Shown here in pieces: positions 23,476 through 36,700 of a stretch of 64,000 nt of DNA. Origin of the DNA: Raja brachyura (taxonomy: Eukaryota); assembly GCA_963514005.1 (NCBI GenBank), contig OY740782.1, forward strand, positions 65,782,001 through 65,846,000, in the 5' to 3' direction. How positions within the stretch are numbered: the stretch's first letter is position 1; each line of letters starts with the position of its first letter. Below the pieces are notes generated by a model, which worked only from the letters and a program-made list of their open reading frames with translations, ran no database searches and was not told the DNA's origin. A program made the translations under genes and the position numbers.

Positions 23476-23950
23476 TGGGGCTGTCCCACTTGGGCAACCT
23501 AATCCACGAGTTCTGGCGAGTTTGCCCTCGACTCATACAGCATGGTCGACATGTAACTCTCCTTCATGCTCAAGAGTAGTCCCCGTGTACCCGAGGCCTC
23601 AGCTAGGTCGCGGCGTATTTTCAACATGTAGAAAAAGGTTGCTATGGAAAAAATCGATACTTTTATTACTCGTAGGTTTAGTCGTAGTAGGTCGTAGTAG
23701 ATCGGCATGTTAGTCGTAGGTAATCAAGGGTAGTCGAAGGTAGTCGTAGATAGTCTTCATCATAGTCGAAGGGAGATCGAAGGAGGTCACCTTCACTCTT
23801 CACTATTCGGTGTCCAATTTTCCCGAAGTTAGTCATAGCTAGTCGAAGCTAGTCTTCAACATAGTTGAAGGAGGTCTTCAACATGCCATCTTTTCCAAAT
23901 CTAAACTCTTCTAAACTCGCCAATTAGGTTGCCCAAGTGGGACAGCCCCT
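23476..23950. mobile_element. PIF/Harbinger-like MITE
   Basis: 27-bp perfect TIR ggggctgtcccacttgggcaacctaat / attaggttgcccaagtgggacagcccc; internal tagtcg-rich repeats. Confidence 0.85.
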
Positions 23951-24297
23951 TCAAGCTAAACCAGATTTTCTGAACAGCACAACTTTAAACTCTTTTAGGA
24001 GTTTATTGACACTAATACTACACGACAATAAACTAAGCCTGATGCACATTTGTGCCTGATAATTTTACACCACTTTTGACTAACTTTAACCCCCAAGTCC
24101 TAACTCCTATTTTATACACAACTCACACTTGTGATTAAATGAACTAATTGGTTCTGTCAGTAGAAAAAAATAATGTGGCCTCGCAATAGTGTCTTCAAAT
24201 ATTGCCTGGGATTGTCCCATATTTCTCCCATATTTATAATACAAAAGAAAGCATATTGAACAGTACAATATTGGCCACGATGCCTGTGCTGACCATG

Positions 24298-24538
24298 ATG
24301 TCAATTTAAATGACCAGGCAGGGAATGGAGGGAGATAGACCATGTGCAGTTTAAATTGACATCATGGATGGCACAGGCATGGTTCACCAAAGGGACTGTT
24401 CCTGTGCTCTCCTGTGTAATGTCAATTTAAATGACCAGGCAGGGAATGGAGGGAGATAGACCATGTGCAGTTTAAATTGACATCATGGATGGCACAGGCA
24501 TGGTTCACCAAAGGGACTGTTCCTGTACTCTCCTATGT
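24298..24538. repeat. 121-bp tandem duplication of LINE-tail-like sequence
   Basis: Units start at 24298 and 24419 and are near-identical. Confidence 0.9.
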
Positions 24539-24894
24539 TTTGTGTAGTTAAAAAAAGTTACAAATTTGAATATATCAGCTAAATGATGATTTCTCATTTG
24601 TTCTACAGAAGTTGGAATCCACATTTAAATTGGGGTTCATCCTACACCAGGCTGATGCTCCGGTATAACATGGGAGAATCCCATCGGGATCAGGTTTCCC
24701 TACCCCCCATTGGATCCACATGGAGCAACAAAAAAGAAGCAGCAATCACTCAGCAGGTCTAAGGCTTCTGGGTATTTGACAATCTAGAGCTCACTTACTT
24801 CGGAGCAGTTTGCGCCACAGTAGTTCTGTTCAGAAGTACCAGGCATCATCATTTCAATTGCACCAAATGAGAGAATGACCAAATCTGTTCTAGT

Positions 24895-25152
24895 AATGTT
24901 TACTGAGGGCTAAATATTGCCTGGACACGTAAGTTAGCCATCCCATGCCACTGCTCCCAACTGTTTTGAAATAAACTATCTTTTATTTCCAGTTGAGAAG
25001 GAAGATAGGGCCTCAATTTGCCATATCACCTCAAGTCCTTGTACTGCACTGAAGTATTAACTTAGATGTTTGTGCTTGTCTATGGTTATGGACTTTGTTT
25101 ACAACTTTATGAGTTACGAGGCCAGATACGTACTACCAAGGGACAGCTGACA
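24895..25152 (-). mobile_element. Ancient Deu-domain SINE (SacSINE1/AmnSINE-like); related decayed copies near 25860-26110 (-), 28795-29100 (+) and 32090-32380 (+)
   Basis: Recalled similarity to the Deu core (tgagggataaatattggccaggacac...cttttac.tcca..tgaga...gggcctc...gtactgcactg); highly diverged. Confidence 0.55.
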
Positions 25153-26132
25153 CTTATGTAATTAAGCTGCAGCATGTCCATGATTAGCTCACAGTAAGGG
25201 GAGAATAAAAGCGTTCTCAAAATATATTGCATTCTCTTCTCTTCCTACCCAGCTTCCGCTGATATCACTAGTATTTTCAGCACCCCATCCCACCACATAT
25301 TGTTCCCACTCTTCATATGCACAAATATTGAGGGAGAAGGTGAAAGCTGATTTATATGTTCACTGTCCATGGTCTTAAATGTTAAATGCCCAAGCCAAGT
25401 ATGCACCATATAAGTTGTCCTGGAATTTCATAAACTGAATATGGCTCAAAGTGCAGACACGTGCTGCTCATTTCCTGCATTACAACATTACTTAATTGAC
25501 TAAGGTGCTTTGGGATGCTGAGAGGTTGTGAAATGCACTATATAGCATGCTCCTAGCTACATGTACCTTTTTCCTAAGTTGTGACAGAGTGGTTACACAC
25601 ATGTGACCATAAGTGAAACATATTTTTTGGGAATGAGACACAATTTCCTGAAGTGTGCTTTCTTCTTTCTTCTTCAGCTGTGATTGAACATAATTGTGGA
25701 CTGTTATGACCAATTCTTGTTTTCCTAAAAGCAAAGGCAATACCACAAATGTGACTGGACATTCCATAAACGACTTCCTTCATATGTGCAAGTAGAAAAG
25801 TAAATGGAGAGTGGGGGATTATTTTATAGTGCAGTTCATGAACTCTGGTTATTCCAAAGAACTTTACAATCAATGAAGCATGACTGTAACGTAACAACTG
25901 AGCAGCCAATTTCTGCTCAAAACATTAATCAATAATGACCATATGATTCAGTTTCCTTTTAATTGAGAGATAACTGTGGTTAGAATAATACAAATGACAC
26001 CAACTCATTTGACAAATGACACCAACTCATCAACTATTTGAAATGCTGCTTGGCAACTTTTACATCTACCTGGGACAGTGGATAGAGCCTTGGTTTACTG
26101 TCTCAAGGTATCCTTAATGCTGTACCTGTACC

Positions 26133-26348
26133 TTCTCTGCCACAGAAGGTAGTTGAGGCCAGTTCGTTGGCTATATTTAAGAGGGAGTTAGATGTGGCCC
26201 TTGTGGCTAATGGGATCAGGGGGTATGGAGAGAAGGCAGGTACAGGATACTGAGTTGGATGATCAGCCATGATCATATTGAATGGCGGTGCAGGCTCGAA
26301 GGGCTGAATGGCCTACTCCTGCACCTATTTTCTATGTTTCTATGTTTC
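26133..26348 (+). mobile_element. CR1 LINE 3' end
   Basis: Matches 60821-61030 and ends in (tttctatg)n. Further CR1 tails on the minus strand at about 27010-27360 and 40925-41320. Confidence 0.85.
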
Positions 26349-26349
26349 A

Positions 26350-26748
26350 TCTTCCTAGCTTGGCTTTTGCTCTGACGTGCCCTGTCAACTGTGGGACCTT
26401 ATAGAGACAGGTGTGTGCCTTTCCAAATCATGTACAATCAATTTAATTTACCACTTGTAGACTCCAATCAAGTTGTAGAAACATCTCAAGGATAATCAAT
26501 GGAAACAGGATGCACCAAAGCTCAATTTTGAGTGTCATAGCAAAGGGTCTGAATACTTATGTAAATGTGATATTTCAGTTATTTCTTTTTAATTACTTTG
26601 CAAACATTTCCAAACGCCCTTTGTTATTATGAGGTATTGTGCGTAGAGTGATGATTTAAAAAAAAAAATTAGTCCATTTGAGAATAAGACCGTAATGTAA
26701 CAAAATGTGGAAAATGTGAAGTGGTCTGAATACTTTCTGAATGCACTG
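26350..26748 (-). mobile_element. Tc1-like DNA transposon terminal fragment (IR/DR type)
   Basis: Ends ...ggtctgaatactttctgaatgcactg|TA; inner direct repeat ggtctgaatactt at about 26546 and 26723. Confidence 0.8.
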
Positions 26749-29540
26749 TAAATATATTGTTTTTATAGTCAGGTGTCCTTGTTCTGAAATGACTTAACAG
26801 GCCTTTCATTTTCAGGAACAAAAATATACTAACTAACATGGCATTTCTGAGCTTCTTTACATCAGAGTACAGCCAGGAAGTTATCAGCTGTGTTCAAGCT
26901 CAGAATACTTCCTCGGGAATAAAACCCGGTGATTCCACATGTAACTGAAGGCCTTTAGACAAAAATTCCAGCCAGTGTGTTTCATTTCTCATGTTGTTAA
27001 GTTCATAAGTTCTAGGAGCTTAGAAGTTCATAAGGTCTAGAATTAGACCATTCGGCCCATTAAGTCTACTCAGCCATTCAATCATGACTGATCTATCTTT
27101 CCCTCTCAACCCCATTCCCAGCATCTGCAGTTCCTTCTTTAACAACCCATTCTCCTGCCTTTGCCCCATAACCACCGCTGACACCCTTTCTAATCAACAA
27201 TCTGCCAATCTGCGCCTTAAAAATATCCGTTAACTTGATCTCCAAGTCATCTGTGGCAATAAATTTCACAGATTCTCCACCCTCTATAACTAAATAAATT
27301 ATTTCTGATCTCCTTTGTAAAGGTAAGTCATTTTATCCTGAGGTTATGGCCTCTCTGTCCCTCATACTATAAAGGCATTAGCTTCTTATTAAGTTAAAAT
27401 TCAGAGTGTAAGTCATCTTTGATGCCTTGCCCAAATGATCATCCTTTGTTTAAGCTTTTGCAGCTGGAGAAAGGTCCCAACGTGAAACATATCTGAAGAA
27501 GGGTCCTGACCCACAACGTCACCTTTCCATGTTCTCCAGAGATGCTGCCTGACCTGCTGACACCTTGTGTCATTTTGTGTATTAACCAGCATCTGCAGTT
27601 ATTTGTTTCTTGCTTTTGTTTGACATCCCCTTGCATGTCAATTCAGCAGGAGGCGATGGACAGTGACCAATAATAGAAACCCACGTAAATAAGCCAGAGT
27701 TGAAGAGAATTCATTATAAATTGCTCAGGTTAGTGACAGAACCACGAGTTCCTCTCAATGAATTATTAAATGAGCTGAATTTTTCACAAAGTTATCAAAT
27801 TATTTGTAAAATAATATGCCAAAAGCTGGTGAGAGATGGCAATTGGAAGTCAATGTGTCATCACTTTCTGCAATTATCTTCCCATTGTTCTTTGTTTTCC
27901 TTTCCAGTTCCTTATGAATCACATCTTCAGTCCATTTTTATTTTACTTTGCTTTTGCACTTGTTCTGTGGTTCAACATTTTACATTTGTACGGCTTTCTT
28001 TCTATTCCATCAAAACAGAAACACTTCAGCAATAAACCCCATCTTTCTATTCCAATTATCTGAAAAAGTCATCAGTCTGCAGAAGGGTCTTGATCTGAAA
28101 CTTCACCTGTCTATTCATGATAAAATGTTCAATTGTCCAAGTTAGCAATATGCAGAGTACTGCCCTGCCGACTACAAAATTCAGAAGGTTCAACAGGTTC
28201 CACTTAGTCTTGTAGAATATGAAAGTGGCAGAACTTTCAGAACACTGGTCAGATCACACTTACAATATCGTGCACAGTTCTGGTGCCGATGTTATAAGAA
28301 GGATTTGGGTGCTGCAGAAAGTGAAGAGGATCATCACCAGGATGTTGCCTGGGTTGGAAGATTTTAGTTTGGGGGAGCGATTGGATAGGCAGGCTTCAGA
28401 GGATAGAGACATAAAATTGTAAGTGGCAGCAAAGATAGGGTGGATATTCAGAATCATTTTTCCATTTAGGGTTATTAAAAATAAGAAGTAGGGTTAAAGA
28501 AAGAAGACAAAGTTTTAAATGGGATTTGAGAGAAAAGTTTTTGTTTACACAGATAGTGATTGATTCTGAATAATCAGACACATTTGACTTTTCAGCTCAT
28601 CTGAAATCTTCTACACTGAGATATTAATTTCCACCTCCATCTCTCCCAAAGTTAAGGAGAATGTTTATAAAATAATTTCAGGGTTTTCACTTTAACCGGC
28701 AGGCTATCTGTAAATCTGTACCAAATGACTATTGCATGATGAAGAGTTTGTTTCATTTCTTATTTTACTGCCTCGACTAGTTACCTTTACAGCTACTGTT
28801 GTGGCTCAGTTTGTGGCACGATTGCCTCTGTACCATTTGCGAGTTTACATCCCACTCCAGAGACGTAAGCACACAATTCCAGGATGATCATCATAGGTCT
28901 TGCAAGTGCCACACTTTCAGGATTACATTCTCTCTTAAACTGAGACTTGCAGCCTCCCTGTCAGGTGGATACAAAAAAACCCAAGACACGCTTTCAATGA
29001 GGAAAAGAGTTAGAGAAAACATTGACTTATTCACTTCTCCCATAAATACATTGACTGGTCTACACTGCATTACTATTTGAAAGAGTTTGTTGTATTGCAT
29101 TTACTACACTTCAAACCTGATCCGTTAGAGGTAAGGAACTTTGAGATATTCAAAGGTAGTGAAAGGCATTAGATAAGTACTTAATTTTTCTTTCATTATT
29201 TATTTCAGGTATTCTCAATAAGAGCAGAAATGGCCCAATGAGCTGCAATGGAAGAATTCTCAAATCTTAACATAGTTTTCAGACTAACCAAACAATTCCT
29301 GAGAAAACAGGGGATTTCAATTTGTGACATAACATCTGGCATATTTTTGTAGGTCCAACAACGAACTATTTATGATTGTTCTGAGGTGCCATGGTAGGCT
29401 GCCTAATATTAAATATTGGTGACCTGGCACGACAAATTGGTCTGGGTTGCATGAAATCAGTAAACCATCCTCTTGCCATTAATCATGCCAGACATTCTCC
29501 TTCTCTGGGCCTGACCAACAAACTGTAAATTTCCTTTTAG

Positions 29541-30572
29541 TAGCAATGTTACAAAATTTTGAGATTTAAAAAATCAAGTCTGCAATTTATCCCATCAGAT
29601 AAAGCATAAAAAGAAGTTTAATTTTACACCTAATTCACTTTCATATCTTCAGTATTAAGAACGTTATGACCATTTTCATACTCGGAAAATAGCATCTTGT
29701 TCCCCATTGCCTTTCAATTGACTAAACTCAAAAGCTGTGATCTTGAACAGTTAAAAGCCCATAACTTTCTTAAAGATTAAGAGAACTCAATGAAAGTTTC
29801 AGTTAGTATAGATTGAAGCATTCTGAAACAAATATGAAACAACCTTACTTGGATGACCTGAAATTAAAGCATATAATTAGTTAGTTATCTAATTGTAGCT
29901 AATTACAAAATTCAATGAGTAGATCTAAACATCTATCCATTTCTTAAGAAAAGATAAACTTTTTTTTAGTTGCCCAAGTGTCCAAATAACATTCACACAA
30001 TAATCCACAATATAACATACTTTTTAAATCTCATTTTCATGAATTTATAGGCCAAATGGAAGGAATTTAGTGTTTAATGCCTGTAAATTAATGGCCATTT
30101 AAATCAACTAGCGAGTAGGTTTTAGTGGAATGCGGTGGATTGGAACGTTGCGGTTTGCAGTGAAGTCGGTATGAAAAATACTGCCAGTTCATACATTTTT
30201 TTTGTCCCCTTTTCGCAACATAAAAATATGATTAAAGCCTTCCTAAAAACCAAGTTTTTATGTAAAAATAAACTGTAGCTTCTTTTATCGCCTACCTTAG
30301 GTCCGTTCCGCTGTCACCGTTCAGAGCTTTAGAAGATGATTTTTAAACGACTCTAGTTAATAAATAATCTAGCGTAGTTTAAAAATACCTTTATGAATGG
30401 ACTGTCGGAGCGATTTCTCTTTAGCGATGAAATCGCCCAACATGGATCGATTTGGACTGCTTAGAAAAAATCGGCATTTTAAACACGCCCCCCTCTGAAA
30501 GGCGCCAAAGTCGCGCACACGGGGAGCGGCAGAATTGCAGCGCTGCTAAAGGTAGGTATTGTAACATACCTA
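29541..30572. mobile_element. About 1.03-kb non-autonomous TIR DNA transposon, copy A
   Basis: Termini tagcaatgttacaa ... ttgtaacataccta; colinear with copy B; superfamily unresolved. Confidence 0.75.
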
Positions 30573-30684
30573 ATACTCCAGGTGTCACCCAGAGAGTTGT
30601 GAATTTATGGAATTCCCTGCCACAGAGGGCAGTGGAAGCCAAATCACTGGATGGATTTAAGAGAGAGTTGGATAGAGCTCTGGG

Positions 30685-31718
30685 TAGCAATGTTACATAA
30701 TTTTGAGATTTTAAAAATCAAGTCTGCAATTTATCCCATCAGATAAAGCATAACAAGAAGTTTAATTTGACACCTAATTTACTTTCATATCTTCAGTATT
30801 AAGACAGTTATGGCCATTTTCATGCTCGGAAATGAGTATCTTGCTTCCCATTGCCTTTCAATTGACTTAACTCAAAAGCTGTGATCTGGAAAAATTAAAA
30901 GCCCATAACTTTATTAAAAATTAAGAGAACTCAATGAAATTTTCAGTCATTATAGATTGAAGCATTCTGAAACAAATATTAAACAATCTTACTTGGATTA
31001 CCTGAAATTAAAGTATATAATTAGTTAGTTATCTAATTGTAGCTAATTACAAAATTCAATGAGTAGATCTAAACATCTATGAATTTCTTAAGAAAAGATA
31101 AACTTTTTTTTAATTGCCTAAGTGTCCAAATAACATTCACACAATAATCCACAATATAACATAATTTTTAAATCTCATTTTCATGAATTTCTGGGCCAAA
31201 TGGAAGGAATTTAGTGTTTTATGCTGTAAATTAATGGCCATTTAAATCAACTAGCGAGTGGGTTTTAGCGGAATGCGGTGGATTGGAACGTTGCGGTTAG
31301 CGGTGAAGTCGGGGGGGAAAATACTGGGGGTTCATACATTTTTTGGGGACCCCATTTCGCAACATAAAAATAGTATTTATGCCTCCCGAAAAACCAACTT
31401 TTAATAAAAAAATAAAGTATTTACCTTTTTTTCTCCCCTACGGAAAATGCTTCCGGTGGTCTGCGGTCACGGCTTTTGAAGGTGATTTTTAAATTACTCT
31501 AGTTAACAAATAACTTAGAGTAATTTAAAAATACCTTAATGGATGAAATGTCGGAGCGATTTTTCTTCCGCAATTAAATCGCCCGACATTCATCGATTAT
31601 CCTGGTCTGGTAAAAATCGGCACTTTAAGCCCGCCCCCCTCTGACAGGCGCTAAAGTCGCGCACACGGGGAGCGGCAGAAGTGCAGCGCCGCTAAAGGTA
31701 AGTTTTGTAACATACCTA
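30685..31718. mobile_element. About 1.03-kb non-autonomous TIR DNA transposon, copy B (direct repeat of copy A)
   Basis: Termini tagcaatgttaca ... ttttgtaacataccta. Confidence 0.75.
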
Positions 31719-33789
31719 CTTTTAGGTGTTCAATACTGCATTGTCTGCAAATTCCCAGTTTCCACCAGCTGCATGTAAAAGTAAACCAGTTAACTGCTCA
31801 GAATCGTCTGATCACCAATGACTATGCTTTAGTCGTACTTTAGTATTTATAAAGTAAGCTATTCCATTAAATTTCCACCAGTTCTTTTGATGAGTAATCC
31901 ATTCGACATAATTCCCATACTCAGTTGCCATATCCCTCCATTTTCTTTCTCTTCCTTAGCACTTTACAAAATCCTTGTTGAGATCCTATTTAATTTGTTT
32001 GGTAGCAGCTGCTGCTCAGTTGGCAATGACCTTGCCTGAGTCAGAATGTGAGTTCATCTCTCTCTCTTTGGAATTTTGATTGCAACATCTGGAGTGGCAG
32101 GTTGCTGCATGGTTGGAGCAAGCATAAAACTAAAGTCCTCTCTGCTCTCTCAAGAAAACTGAGAGTATTTTCTGGTACCCTTTCGAGATGGACCAGGTAA
32201 ATATACCTGGTGGTCTGCCACATTTTATCTTTTGCCAAACACCAAAAAATCAGATAATCTGTTTGATATTGTACTGCTACCTGTGGGAGCTAGTGCACAA
32301 ATAAACTGCTGTATTTCCCACTTTATAATAATGATGACAGTCAAAGGTACATTATTTGTCTATAATTCACTTGTTAGAATGTCAATTTTGGCTGTTTTTT
32401 TACAGACCTTTCTTCTTCCTAACCATTCATCTGATTTAATCTGTCAGCAAGCCATTTTAACTTTGCAATCAACAATTTGAAGTCATGGTGACATGTATGA
32501 TTATCAATTCGCACTTCGATAACATACCATTTAGGAAAAAACTGATTTGTGGGTTGTGTGCCTTCCCGGTGTCAACATGAGATGGCAGGAGCTGACAGTT
32601 AAGTCAACCCATTTAACCACATCAATCCAACTTCCAAAGCAGCATCTATCCATGAGGGTAGGTTTAGAAATGGCCTCTACTACCATCTACGTATCCATCA
32701 CCACAGCAACTCTGTCAATTTGAAGGTAAATTTGTAATTGTTAACCCAGCAAATGTGGAAATTCCCCATCCACCCTTCAGTTTATTTAGTTTGGTTTTCA
32801 TGGGGAAAGGATCTAAAATGAAGGTTTGGCTTTTCGGATCAGTGTTTCAAAGCAATATCTTTGTTAAATGACCATGAATAAAGTTACGCACAAAGATCTA
32901 ACAGTTTTTGTGGTGAGAAATTCCCCCTTTATAAAAAGCCAATAAAAATGATACATTTTTATTTTCAGATTGATTCATTTAACATTGGAATTGAATTGCA
33001 CATTTATATAAAATGACTTGATATCGCAGCTCAACTGTTTTCTCAGTAGTAATATTAGCTTAATATGTTCCTAAAAAGCCATTTAATTCTTGTGTAACAA
33101 AGCTTAACATGTACAAGTTATTTTATACTGGATTGTTAGTGAATACTTGGAGTTCTTATCGATTAACTAAATGCTCAAGAATATATTAGAAAAGCTTTGC
33201 AGAATCAGCGAATCACTGCAACAACTTCCAGATTTCACATATTAACTGTGATGCATGCTCAATAGATTGCTGTTGGTTTCATTCTGCTATCAGCATCATT
33301 TGGAATGTTCTACTTTCTGAGGGGTTTAAAGTTATTCGACATCTCATTGAATACTCTAACACACTTATACACTTGAAAGTATCCTAACAGGCTGCATCAT
33401 GGCCTGGTATGGCACTTCCAACGTACAGAAACGCATAAGGCCGCAGAGACTGGTGGATTAATTCCGGCCCACCACGGGCACAGCCATTCCCACTATCAAA
33501 AGCATCTACATGAGGTGCTGCCTCGAGGCAGCATCTATCCTCAAGAATCCCCACCATCCGGGCCAGGTCCCCTTCAGACTTCTGTATGTCTCGCCCAATG
33601 GCAGTGAGAAGGGGACCTGGCCCGGACACCTCTAGGTTTAGGAATAGATGCTTTCCGACAACTATCGGGTTCTTTAACCAACCCTCACAATCCTAATTCT
33701 ACCTCACCAACAGAACACTATAGACCACTTCTTACACTACCATGGGCTTGTTTATTAACTGCGTGTTTATGCATTCATGTCTTATTTTT

Positions 33790-36700
33790 TATTTTTTAAT
33801 TTTGTTTTTTTTAATTTTTATTTATTAGAGGTACAGTAAATTACATCAGTGTACGTCCCGTATATATTGTTACAATTATTGTACCCCTTAGTTTTTTAAA
33901 GCTATTAAAAAAAGAATAGAAATAGAGAAAGTAGAGAAAGTGAGAGAGAATTGTGAAAGTGAAGAAGCGTGACAAAGGGAAAGAAGAAAGAACCCTTAGT
34001 CGAGGAATTAGAGAAAGGAAATTAAGAGATAGACCCTAGAAAAGAGAAAGAAGAAAAAAGGAAAAGACAGTTACTTTATTATAAACATCACGCAAAAGGA
34101 ATTTACCAACTCGACAATTTTTCATCCCCCTTTACCAAGACCTGACGCCGGTACCTTTTTGAGATACTATTGCACCCTATCCTTGTAGTTAATCTATAAA
34201 TGCAGACCACGTCTTATAAAAGCGATCTGATTTTCCTGCCAGGCGGAGTCTCATATCTTCCAGATGTAGTGTTTCAAACATAGTTGATATCCACATATTT
34301 ACAGTTGTTATGGGAGCGTTTTTCAAAAAATTTAAAATAAGCTTTTTTCCAGTTATTAACCCATATTCAAATAGATTATTTTGAAACACATTTAATTCAG
34401 GGTTACCTTCCATTGTTCCAAAGATAATCCATTCTGCTTTTGGTGTCAGTTTTATTTAAAATAATTTTGTAAAGATTTCAAATATTTCAGTCCAACATTT
34501 TTGAATTTTTATACAAAAAACAAATGAATGTGCTATAGTTGCTTCTTGAGACTGACATTTATCACAGATAGGTGAGACGTTGGGAAAAAGTTTACTTATT
34601 TTATTTTTTGAATAGTATAATCTATGTAAAATTTTAAATTGGATTAAAGTGTCTTACGTTAATTAAACATTTGTGCACATTTAGTAAGTGTTCATCTCAC
34701 CTCTTTTTTGAAATTTTGGTAGCTAGTTTCCCAAATTGTATTTTAGTTGTAGTTGTTTGAATGATAGTAATTTTCCCGTTTCTTACAAGTCTCCCAGCAT
34801 TTTAATTCCTGCTCTTTCCCATTGTATAAATGATTTATCTATAATTGAGGGTTTAAACGAAGGGTTATTAACTATTTTGGTAGGTATATTGGAATTGGTT
34901 GGAACAGATATAAAATTTGTGGTAGAAAAATCATTTTTATAGCATTTATTCGGCCTAGTAAAGACATCGGAAGCGTTTTCCAGAATTTAATTAAATTATA
35001 TAATGTCTGAAGTAAAGGATTATAATTTGCGTTAAACATATCTTGATATCTTCTGGTAATTTCAATAACCAAGTATTTAAAATTTTCTGTAGCTATTTTG
35101 AAAGGAAACTTTAAGAGGTGTGTTGAGTCTTTCGGTTTTATTGACATGATTTCACTTTTGGTCCAATTTATTTTGTATCCTGAGAATGATCCAAAATCCT
35201 CAATTAAATTTGATATATTTGGTATAGTGATATGGGGTTTTGTGATGTACAGTAGTACATCATCAGCGTATAATGATATTTTATTATTTGAATATTTTGT
35301 ATTGTAGCCATGGATATTCGGATGTGTTCTAATTCTTTCCGCTAGGGGTTCGATTATAAGAGCAAATAACAGCAGCGATAATAAACATCCTTGTCTATTA
35401 CCCCTTGACAATTGAAATTTCTTTAAAGGCATATGTATACATTTTCTGTAGGCGTGGTGTAATTATGTCGTAAAAACTTTTATAAAATTCATTACTAAAT
35501 CCATCAGGTCCTGGTGTTTTTCCATTCTTTAATGAAATTATTGTTTCTTCTATTTCCTTAATTGAGATTTGTGCTCCCAATTCCTCTTGTTCCTGCAACT
35601 CTAGTTTTGGAAGATTACAATTATCCAAGAACTCTGTGACTTTATTGGTGTCCGTTGTCGTTTTAGATGTGTACAAATTCTCATAAAATTGCGCAAATCT
35701 TTTATTAATATCACTCGGTAAAGTTAATACTTCCCCTCTATCTGCTTTGATCATTGGGATCGTGTGTTCTTTTTCTTGTTTTTTTAACTGATGTGCCAAA
35801 AGTTTATGGGGCTTATCCCCAAATTCAAAATGTTCCTGTCTTGTGATTTGGAATAATCTTATAACTTTAGCTGATAATAATTTATTTAATTTAAATTTCA
35901 GTATTAATATTTTATTGTGTTTATCCATAGTTGGATCTTTAGCATTATCAATATCCAGTTGTCTAATTTGTTCTTCTAACGGTCTTTGTTCGTTCTTATT
36001 TTTGTAATTTTGAAAAGCTTTGTATGAAATTATAACGCCTCTAATAAATGCTTTGAAAGAGTCCCATAATGCGATATGTCTGGAGTGTCATTTATTTCGG
36101 AAAAGAGATACATTTGTTGTTTTAAATATATACTCCCTTGCGGGTCTTTTAAAATTTGAGGGTCATACCTCCAAAACGATTTATTCTTAGACATTCCTTC
36201 CAGTTTTAAAAAGAAAGTTAGTGGGGAATGATCCGAAATTGTGTTGGTATGGTATTTTGGGTTTGAAGTATAAGGAATTAATTTTGTATCCACCAGGAAA
36301 TAATATATGCGTGAATATGTCTTGTGTACCATTGAATAAAACGAGTATTCCCTGCTGGTCGGATTTGTGATCCTCAAAACATCTGTTATATTTGTATTTT
36401 TTATATATGTGTTTAAAAGTTCACTAGTTTTAGATTTCGTATTACCTCACTGTTTTTGGCTAGATTTGTCTAAGTAAGAGTCTAAAACACCATTAAAGTC
36501 TCCTCCAATTATGACATTTTGGTAATTATATTCTGCGATTGTATTCAAGATTTTATTGAAAAATTGAGGATTGTCAAAGTTGGGTGCATATATATTTACC
36601 AAGGTGATTGCGGTAGCATGGATCTCACCGGTAACTATCAAATATTTCCCATCATTATCTGTTAAGGTAGTTTTTGGTTTAAGTGGTATGCCTTTACAAA

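Noticed and set aside
25990-26030. 22-bp-period direct repeat acaaatgacaccaactcat
   Set aside because: Simple two-copy slippage duplication inside an old SINE.
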